Under the pieces are notes generated by a model. That model saw nothing but the letters and a program-made list of their open reading frames with translations, made no database searches and was not told the origin of the DNA. Positions 57,712 to 64,000 of a DNA stretch of 64,000 bases are shown in pieces (position 1 is the stretch's first letter; the number at the start of each line of letters is the position of its first letter). The position numbers were made by a program, and so were the translations under genes. Source of the stretch: a bacterium (GTDB taxonomy: Bacteria; Patescibacteriota; Minisyncoccia; Phycocordibacterales; UBA2100); the NCBI GenBank assembly GCA_016789445.1, contig JAEUQT010000001.1, positions 259,603 through 323,602 on the forward strand, written 5' to 3'.

Positions 57712-58334
57712 TGCACCTCTATATAGGCGGCGACAGGGAAAAGGCGAGAGCTAAGATGCAATCCGACATTGCGAAGGCTGCGAAGGGGGCTGACGTGGTG
57801 CGCATCACCGACGCGCATTCGAGAGAGGATCTGGTAAGTGCGTTGCGCGGTGGTGGTATGTTCGCGACGAAGCGCGTGCTTGTCTTCGAAAACCTGAATT
57901 CGAATGCCGAGATGCGCGAGATACTGCTTGAGGCGCTCGGGCGAGGCATCGAAGATCCTGTTTTCCTGTTCGAGGAGAAGCTGCTTGCGGCAGATAAGAA
58001 GAAGTACGAGAAATTTGCAGACAAGGTAGAGGTTTTTGAGGCGCCGAAGAAGGAGCGTGATTCATCGATCTTCGCTATCGCCAATGCGCTGCGTGCGGGA
58101 GATAAGAAGGAGCTCTGGGTTTCGTATATGCGGGAGATCGGCAAGGGCGGAGCGCCGGAAGCAATCCATGGAGTTCTTTTCTGGGGAGCAAAAGATGCAT
58201 TCACGAAATCAGGAGGAAAGGATATGCGTGCAGGGAAACTAGTAGCAGCTCTGGCAGAACTTCCTCATGAAGCCCGTCGCAGGGGAGAGGATCTCGAATA
58301 TGCACTCGAGCGGTTTGTGCTTTCAGTGAAGTAA
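57708..58334 (+). CDS. hypothetical protein, possibly a truncated DNA polymerase III delta (HolA-like N-terminal domain)
   Basis: ATGA overlap with the polA stop. The pattern LYIGGD..., GMFATKRVLVFENL resembles the HolA N-terminal domain, but at 208 aa it is short. Assignment is weak. Confidence 0.35.
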   Translation: MMHLYIGGDREKARAKMQSDIAKAAKGADVVRITDAHSREDLVSALRGGGMFATKRVLVFENLNSNAEMREILLEALGRGIEDPVFLFEEKLLAADKKKYEKFADKVEVFEAPKKERDSSIFAIANALRAGDKKELWVSYMREIGKGGAPEAIHGVLFWGAKDAFTKSGGKDMRAGKLVAALAELPHEARRRGEDLEYALERFVLSVK

Positions 58335-59638
58335 TGCATCATTACGACATGCAAATGAGCAACAAGGGAATCTCATTGACCCTCCTTTTTATCGGTGTCG
58401 GTATTTTGGTGGCGTTAAGCGTGCCGATGTTCGTGACTGCGGCGCCGGGGGATGCGAATGCTATGTGTACACCAGTTTTTAAACAGTGTCCGTGTGGAAG
58501 GGTTCCTAGCGACGGCAAGTGTGTGGGTGGAGCAAATATGCATCTCTGTCCGTGTTCTGAGACGGTAAATGGCGGAAAAATTGCCGGAACGTGTGGTGCG
58601 CAATTTAAATGTGAAGGTATGACCTTCCAGAGCGATGTTGCGAGCGGCGGCATGGGTGCCGAAAGCCTTGGAATGCTCAAGGGAATTGTCGATCAGCTCA
58701 TGGGGGCAATGAAAGGTGGCGGAGGCGGCGGGGGTGGTATGCCACCAACTGATTCAGGCGCGACAGGCTGCACGACCTACTATCAGGTGACGGTTCCGTC
58801 GAGTGATCCGTGCGCTATCTACAATCCGAGCGGCGTTCTTGACGCTGCTGGCGGATCCGGTGGTTCATCGGGCGTCGCTGACGGACTTCTCGATGCGCTC
58901 GGCGGAAGCGGATCGCAGAATCCATCGAACGTGAGCGACAAGCTGCTCGATACGACTAAGAACACCACCGGCGGGACGCAGACGAATACCGCGACGAAGA
59001 CTCCGGCAGCCACGACTAATGCATCTTCAAGCGTGAAGGCGGCGGCTCCGGGGCTTTCGGGTGATGTGCGCATCGGTTCCGCAGGAGCAACCATCATCGC
59101 GAACTTGCGTCAGGGTATGAGTGAAGTGGCCGGCTTCTTCGGGGGTTCCACCGGCGGTGCATCGCAGGCGCTCTCTGCTGCGGGAAAGTTGTGTGCCTCG
59201 CGTCCGTGGGCAGGGTCATTCGTCTCCAATGTGATCCCGACCTCGTTCTTCGATGGTCTCTGCGAATGGCGTGGGTATCAGGCGGGTGTCGCAATGCCGA
59301 CCAATACGTCGAAAACCTCGACCATCACGCCGACATCCGGAAGCACTGCATCGCAGCAGCAGGGAATCTCGCTGCAACCGAGTGCATCGAACGTTCCTCC
59401 TGAGGTTGATATCTGGGCTGAGCCGGCATCGGTACGCCTCGGTACGCGTACCTACATCTTCTGGAACGCTCGCGGTGTCGCGTCCTGCAAGGGATCGGGT
59501 CCGAGCTTCTCGCAGAATACGCTCTCGGGCGGTGCGTCGACGGTTCCGATCACCGGCCCGACCACGTTCACTATCGAGTGTCTTTCGACGGCGAGCACGA
59601 CCATCAAGGACAGTGTGACTGTGCAGATAGCGATTTAA
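58334..59638 (+). CDS. secreted Gly/Cys/Thr-rich hypothetical protein (434 aa)
   Basis: TAATG overlap with the upstream gene. Signal/TM segment ISLTLLFIGVGILVALSVPMFVTA, a Cys-rich N-domain, and poly-Gly and Thr/Ser-rich linkers. Confidence 0.5.
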   Translation: MHHYDMQMSNKGISLTLLFIGVGILVALSVPMFVTAAPGDANAMCTPVFKQCPCGRVPSDGKCVGGANMHLCPCSETVNGGKIAGTCGAQFKCEGMTFQSDVASGGMGAESLGMLKGIVDQLMGAMKGGGGGGGGMPPTDSGATGCTTYYQVTVPSSDPCAIYNPSGVLDAAGGSGGSSGVADGLLDALGGSGSQNPSNVSDKLLDTTKNTTGGTQTNTATKTPAATTNASSSVKAAAPGLSGDVRIGSAGATIIANLRQGMSEVAGFFGGSTGGASQALSAAGKLCASRPWAGSFVSNVIPTSFFDGLCEWRGYQAGVAMPTNTSKTSTITPTSGSTASQQQGISLQPSASNVPPEVDIWAEPASVRLGTRTYIFWNARGVASCKGSGPSFSQNTLSGGASTVPITGPTTFTIECLSTASTTIKDSVTVQIAI

Positions 59639-59660
59639 CCTTACAAAAGCGCATACAGGA

Positions 59661-59687
59661 AAACGGTGCCGTTTGGCACCGTTTTTC
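59661..59687. terminator. bidirectional terminator
   Basis: aaacggtgcc-gttt-ggcaccgttttt. Confidence 0.6.
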
Positions 59688-59695
59688 TTTACATG

Positions 59696-59768
59696 TCCGC
59701 CCAGTTGGATTCGAACCAACGACCCTCTCCTTAAAAGGGAGCTGCTCTACCGACTGAGCTATGGGCGG
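59696..59768 (-). tRNA. tRNA-Lys (anticodon TTT)
   Basis: Reverse complement gives ccgccca-ta-gctc-agtcggtaga-gagc... with anticodon loop cttttaa and T-arm gttgg-ttcgaat-ccaac. No encoded CCA. Confidence 0.8.
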
Positions 59769-59865
59769 AAACGAGGGGCGACGTGGAGCTTCTCTACACG
59801 TCCCCCGACTGACCCGTCCATATGGAATATGGGCGGATATTCCGCGCACTATAGCATCGTCGTTT

Positions 59866-60210
59866 CTAGAGCGGCAAATCGAACGCAAATGGGCCCGCTC
59901 CCGTGAGCACGAGCGAAAGGCACATCACGATGAGGAGTGCGAGTGTACTACGCGGCAGCGCGCGGTACGCGGGAATGCTGAGAATGATCGCGAGCACGAT
60001 CGCTCCTATAAGCGCAGCTGGCTGCGTGTAGGCGCCGGCGATGAGCAAGACCGCGATGACTCCTTCGACGATTCCTATCATTCGGAACGAGTTTTGGGGC
60101 ACGAAGACGTGACGATATGCGATGAGTCCGAGTGCGGAGCCGGCGGCAATGCGGAGGATGAATGCGGCCATCGGAGCGAGGAAGAGAATCTCGCGAAAAA
60201 AGGATGACAT
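59866..60210 (-). CDS. DoxX-family small membrane protein
   Basis: 114 aa, 3-4 TM helices, DoxX-like composition. Confidence 0.5.
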   Translation of the reverse strand: MSSFFREILFLAPMAAFILRIAAGSALGLIAYRHVFVPQNSFRMIGIVEGVIAVLLIAGAYTQPAALIGAIVLAIILSIPAYRALPRSTLALLIVMCLSLVLTGAGPFAFDLPL

Positions 60211-60228
60211 GGCGCAGAGTATATCAAG

Positions 60229-60705
60229 GTGGTAGCCTCACTGCACATGAGGGCTGTGCTTTTACATAACGTCCGGAGTTCGCATAACGTGGGCTCCATC
60301 TTCCGCACCTCCGATGCTGCGGGAGTCTCGCAGGTATATCTCACAGGATATACACCCACGCCACTCGATCGGTTCAAGCGACCGAATAAAGAGATCGCGA
60401 AGACCGCACTTGGTGCTGAAAGTTTTATTCCGTGGGAACAACACACATCTCCGATGCGACTCATTCGTCGATTGCGCAGCGAGGGTTGGCATATCGTTGG
60501 TGTCGAACAGGATGCCCGTGCTGTTGATTTTCGTACATTTAAAGCAGTGGAGAAGACGCTCTACATCTTCGGCAATGAGGTGCGCGGGGTATCCAAATCG
60601 CTGCGCGATGCGTGCGATTCTCTTATTGAGATACCGATGCGAGGGAAGAAGGAGTCCCTTAATGTTGCCGTGACTGCCGGGATCGTGCTTTTCGGGACTA
60701 ATTAG
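60229..60705 (+). CDS. SpoU/TrmH-family RNA 2'-O-methyltransferase
   Basis: SPOUT motifs are present (NVGSIFRTSDAAG, IFGNEVRGVS, LNVAVTAGIVLF). Alternative start ATG 60247. Confidence 0.8.
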   Translation: MVASLHMRAVLLHNVRSSHNVGSIFRTSDAAGVSQVYLTGYTPTPLDRFKRPNKEIAKTALGAESFIPWEQHTSPMRLIRRLRSEGWHIVGVEQDARAVDFRTFKAVEKTLYIFGNEVRGVSKSLRDACDSLIEIPMRGKKESLNVAVTAGIVLFGTN

Positions 60706-61694
60706 TACACGTACACGTCGACCGTGCGTCCTTCTCGGTCAAGGAGACGGATGGCGTCATGTGAGTTGCGCCAGATTTCAGCCTGCCCGCCGAGGAAGAG
60801 TCTCCAGCGGTTCGTCTCGAATCCGCGGTTCGTGCGATTGCGGTTCACGCACCCGTTGTGGGAGAGGGCATCGGTAATGAATGCGCGACACGCGTAATTC
60901 ACGGTATCGGGGATGTCTTGTGGGAAGCGGCACGATGAAAGATTCTGGATGACGTCAAAGCATGCATCGCCGTACTGTACGAGATTCTCCTGTGTGAGTG
61001 GCAATACCGTCGAAGGAGAAGGGCATTCGTTACCGAGTTGCGGCTGGAACTGCTGGAATTGGTCCAGGTATCCGCTGCACATGTTTTCGCGGAATGACGC
61101 GCCGACAGGTGATGCGCCGGTCGTCACGATTGCCAGACCCCCTGGTGCGACGAGGGTATTGCTCGATACGTTTGCTGCACCCATATAGAATGGCGATGCG
61201 ATCGCAGGAAGGTATGCGCGCGAGCCTGAAAGCGCGCTCTCCAACACCCAGCCGGTCATATCCACGGATTCTTTAGCCTCGTAGCTCACGGCGATCTGCA
61301 CGTATTCATCATTGGCGCTCTCTCCGCGGACGCCGGAGACATCCGAGACGATGGACACGCTTCCGCGATACGGTGATGGCGTACCGATGGTGCGCGACGT
61401 GGCTGCTTCGCGGCTCAGGCGTTCGTACTCTGCTTCAAGTTCTGCAAGTTCGTATTCAGAACTCGAGTAATCACCCTCGGTGACCTGGAATGCGCCGGTG
61501 ATGTCGATCGTGGGGAATAGCTGGGCTGGCTGCCAGGGGAGGCGGAAACCAGTTGCGGTGTCGTGGGAGAAGGGGAAGAATTCGACCGAGGTCACGTCCT
61601 CGTACGCACGGCGCGGACCCCCACCGATGATCCACATGACGAGAAGCACGATCACGATGAACGCGACGAGCGCGAGGATCACCTGACGAAACAT
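60702..61694 (-). CDS. membrane-anchored hypothetical protein (330 aa)
   Basis: N-terminal TM ILALVAFIVIVLLVMWII, then an extracytoplasmic domain with several Cys residues. No confident family. Confidence 0.5.
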   Translation of the reverse strand: MFRQVILALVAFIVIVLLVMWIIGGGPRRAYEDVTSVEFFPFSHDTATGFRLPWQPAQLFPTIDITGAFQVTEGDYSSSEYELAELEAEYERLSREAATSRTIGTPSPYRGSVSIVSDVSGVRGESANDEYVQIAVSYEAKESVDMTGWVLESALSGSRAYLPAIASPFYMGAANVSSNTLVAPGGLAIVTTGASPVGASFRENMCSGYLDQFQQFQPQLGNECPSPSTVLPLTQENLVQYGDACFDVIQNLSSCRFPQDIPDTVNYACRAFITDALSHNGCVNRNRTNRGFETNRWRLFLGGQAEIWRNSHDAIRLLDREGRTVDVYVY

Positions 61695-61729
61695 GCTTGG
61701 ATTATAGTATCTTTTTCGCGCTCAGCGTC

Positions 61730-62974
61730 TTACTTTCCGAGCAACGTGCGGATTTCTTCGCGAGTGACTTGTGCGTCATTCCACTTCACGCTCGTGCCGC
61801 GCGGCCCCTGCATGGTGGGATCGGTGCCTTTCCCGGTAATGAGCACGACATCGCTTGCGCGGGCGAGGGAGAGCGCGCGATTGATCGCATCGCGACGATT
61901 CATGATGATCTCGGGCGTCTTCGCCTTGATGCCGCTCGCGATCATATTCACGATCGATTGCGGATCCTCGTCATACGGGTCTTCATTGGTGAGGATGATT
62001 GCGTCGCATTTCTCTTCGGCGACAGAGCCCATGACCGCGCGCTTCCAGGTGTCGCGACCGCCACCGGTCGAACCGAGGACGCATACTTTGCGGCGTGTCG
62101 GATAGGCGTCATAAATCGCGCGCAACGAGTCCGGCGTGTGCGCATAATCGACGACGACCGTGAATGATTGGCCTTCATCGATCTCTTCCGCGCGGCCGGC
62201 AATGGTTGTAAGTGCCGAGAGCCCGCGAGCGATCGATTGCGTGGGTATTTCCATTGCGTGCGCGAGCATCGCGGCAGCGAGTGCATTCTTCAGGGAGAAT
62301 TCTCCGGGCAGATTGATCTGCATCGTCAGATTGTCGAAGGTGAATGTGCCGCCATCTTCTCCGGCCTTCCATGGCTGCGCATGTGCGAGCGAGAAGGGGA
62401 GAAGGTGTTCGACGGCGAGCGTAAGATAGCGACCGCTCTCTGGATCATCGGCGTTGGCGACCATGTAGCGCGGACGCTTCTTTGAGCGTGCCAATTGTTT
62501 GCCGAGTTCGAATTTCGCATCCGAATATGCGGCAAAAGAGCCGTGAGATTCGACGTGTTCAGGGGCGAGGTTGATGAAAAGAAGCGCGTCGAGCTCGATG
62601 AATCGATGGCGATACTGGCGTGCCCCTTCGGACGTCATCTCGATGAATGCGATGCGGCATCCGTTGTCGGCTGCGTTCTTGAGGAAATTCTGGATCGCGA
62701 ATCGGCCCGGCATCGTCATGCGAGAGCGGTTTGGTTTTGATTTGTCGCCAATCTTGGTGCGAATGGTGCCAAGAAGTGCCGTCTTCCATCCCGCGGCTTC
62801 ATAAATGGCGTTGAGGTATTCGAGCGTTGAAGATTTTCCCTTGGTGCCGGTGACTCCAACAACGATGATGCGACGAGAAGGGAAGCCACTCAGAAGCGCG
62901 GAGAGAAACGACATCACGAAGTGATACGCCGTGCGTATCGGAGCGGGTACTGAGTTCTTGAGAGAAGTGAGCAT
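61730..62974 (-). CDS. Mur ligase family protein (MurE/MurF-like central and C-terminal domains)
   Basis: P-loop GVTGTKGKSST and a Mur ligase middle-domain pattern. At 414 aa it lacks the usual N-terminal domain. Confidence 0.65.
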   Translation of the reverse strand: MLTSLKNSVPAPIRTAYHFVMSFLSALLSGFPSRRIIVVGVTGTKGKSSTLEYLNAIYEAAGWKTALLGTIRTKIGDKSKPNRSRMTMPGRFAIQNFLKNAADNGCRIAFIEMTSEGARQYRHRFIELDALLFINLAPEHVESHGSFAAYSDAKFELGKQLARSKKRPRYMVANADDPESGRYLTLAVEHLLPFSLAHAQPWKAGEDGGTFTFDNLTMQINLPGEFSLKNALAAAMLAHAMEIPTQSIARGLSALTTIAGRAEEIDEGQSFTVVVDYAHTPDSLRAIYDAYPTRRKVCVLGSTGGGRDTWKRAVMGSVAEEKCDAIILTNEDPYDEDPQSIVNMIASGIKAKTPEIIMNRRDAINRALSLARASDVVLITGKGTDPTMQGPRGTSVKWNDAQVTREEIRTLLGK

Positions 62975-62975
62975 A

Positions 62976-63548
62976 TCAAGCGCCGCCGAGGATCTTTAAC
63001 GCTTCGCGCAGTCGCGCGGTGCCCCCCGTTATCTCGTGGGAAACTTTGCGCAACGCATCGCGCGCTTCGTTCTGAGAATAGCCGAGCGCACGCATCGCTT
63101 CGAGCGCTTCCTCATCACCCTTCAGGGCCTGCGAACTTTCTTCGCTGGATGCGCCGACTTTCTCGCGCAGTTCGATGACGATCTTCTCGGCGGTCTTGCG
63201 GCCGATGCCGGAGACTTTCGTGAGGTACTCGGAATTTCCTCGTGCGATCGCCGTGCGCAGCGTTTCCGTCGACGCGATGTCGAGGATGGCAAGTGCGGAC
63301 TTCGGGCCGACGCCGGAAACCGTGAGGAGCATCTCGAAGAAGCGTAGTTCGTCGCTCGTCTCGAAGCCATAGAGATCGAGCGCTTCCTCGCGGACGACCG
63401 TGTGGACGAAGAGGGCTGCCTCCTTGCCGGGGGAGTACTTAAGGAGGGCTTCCTTGGTGACGGCCACCTTATAACCGACTCCATTAATAAGGAGGATAAG
63501 GCTGCCCAAGTGATGCGCCCGGACAACCCCTTCGAGAAAGCCGATCAT
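62976..63548 (-). CDS. ruvA: Holliday junction DNA helicase RuvA
   Basis: Start at MIGFLEGVV. OB fold, two HhH motifs (GVGPKSALAIL, GIGRKTAEKIV), and a C-terminal domain. Confidence 0.85.
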   Translation of the reverse strand: MIGFLEGVVRAHHLGSLILLINGVGYKVAVTKEALLKYSPGKEAALFVHTVVREEALDLYGFETSDELRFFEMLLTVSGVGPKSALAILDIASTETLRTAIARGNSEYLTKVSGIGRKTAEKIVIELREKVGASSEESSQALKGDEEALEAMRALGYSQNEARDALRKVSHEITGGTARLREALKILGGA

Positions 63549-63628
63549 TGGGTAAGTATGGAGGCCGACCGCCCATCCAGCAAGGGAATACTTGCCAGAT
63601 TGCGGCATTTACAGTAGTATCCGTCGCG

Positions 63629-63868
63629 ATGGCAAACACATCGTCAGCTAAGAAAGCCCACCGCGTCGAGCTCCGCCGCCGCGTGTTCAACGCGCGCCGC
63701 GCGAAGGCTATGAAGGATGCAGTGAAGGAGCTGATGAAGTCCAAGGACGTCAAAGTCCTCTCCAAGGCGCAGCAGGCGATCGATAAGGCAGCAAAGCGCG
63801 GCCTGATCAAGAAGAACACCGCCTCGCGTATGAAGGCTCGCCTCGCACGCCAGGTGGCGACGAAATAG
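63629..63868 (+). CDS. rpsT: 30S ribosomal protein S20
   Basis: MANTSSAKKAHRVELRRRVFNARRAKAMKDAVK is the S20 signature. The ORF-track start at 63548 is an upstream in-frame artefact that overlaps ruvA. Confidence 0.9.
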   Translation: MANTSSAKKAHRVELRRRVFNARRAKAMKDAVKELMKSKDVKVLSKAQQAIDKAAKRGLIKKNTASRMKARLARQVATK

Positions 63869-63892
63869 TTTTCCGGTTATCGTGAGTCGCAC

Positions 63893-63964
63893 GCTCTCGT
63901 CGTTCAACGGATAGGACGCATCCTTGCGGAGGATGTAATGTAGGTTCGATTCCTGCCGAGAGCA
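63893..63964 (+). tRNA. tRNA-Arg (anticodon GCG)
   Basis: Folds as gctctcg-tc-gttc-aacggata-ggac-g-catcc-ttgcgga-ggatg-taat-gtagg-ttcgatt-cctgc-cgagagc-a, with a perfect 5-bp anticodon stem and G37. Followed by a terminator hairpin at 63975-64000. Confidence 0.7.
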
Positions 63965-64000
63965 CAGAGACGGTAAAAACCAGCCCTGCGGCTGGTTTTT

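Noticed and set aside
59831-59860. Inverted repeat ggaatat-N6-atattcc upstream of tRNA-Lys/DoxX as a regulator site
   Set aside because: It is a single occurrence, is short, and has no supporting context. It could be chance.
1-64000. CRISPR arrays, IS elements or alternative genetic code (UGA recoding)
   Set aside because: No direct-repeat/spacer arrays and no transposase-like ORFs were seen. TGA clearly functions as stop in several ATGA/TGA-T-ATG gene junctions, consistent with the standard bacterial code.

Overview
The window is a co-linear, gene-dense stretch of a small GC-rich bacterial chromosome that spans the replication origin. The origin neighbourhood is canonical: jag–yidC–rnpA–rpmH on the minus strand, a DnaA-box cluster, then dnaA, a second DnaA-box cluster with an AT-rich unwinding element, and dnaN. 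The rest is mostly recognisable housekeeping genes. These are pilB-like ATPases (two copies), nusA, ppa, tig-clpP, rny, a PDT-only pheA, hup, a CCA-adding enzyme gene, xth, a xerC/D-like recombinase, rarA, an FKBP PPIase, rpsO, pnp, a DksA-like protein, comM/yifB, a LysM-M23 peptidase, pcrA/uvrD, rsmA, PBP1A, ruvC, a transglutaminase-like peptidase, a short YebC, ruvB, tsaE, polA, a short holA-like protein, a DoxX protein, a SpoU methyltransferase, a Mur ligase, ruvA and rpsT. There are 7 tRNA genes, none with an encoded CCA. Several features point to a reduced, possibly Patescibacteria/CPR-like genome, but this is inference only. They are a PPIase-less trigger factor, a short YebC, orphan pilB ATPases, RNase Y and many small secreted hypothetical proteins. 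The standout feature is a ~12 kb co-directional, translationally coupled cluster at 30480-42722, directly abutting the origin. It encodes a VirB6/TrbL-like polytopic membrane protein, a PrgI/VirB3-like small membrane protein, a VirB4-type ATPase split into two adjacent ORFs at a TGA-T-ATG junction, a VirB2/TrbC-like candidate pilin and at least seven secreted or membrane-anchored hypothetical proteins. No relaxase, VirD4 or VirB11 gene lies within this window. This looks like a minimal, non-canonical type IV secretion-like apparatus. Other signals are a locally clustered palindromic 10-mer (TTCACGTGAA, four copies within 850 bp around the tRNA/yraN locus), DnaA-box motifs in two long non-coding regions far from oriC, an unusual tRNA-Arg with anticodon GCG, a NYN-domain gene between rpsO and pnp, and a possibly structured 300-bp leader upstream of ruvB. 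All calls rest on reading the sequence and remembered family signatures; no database search was run.
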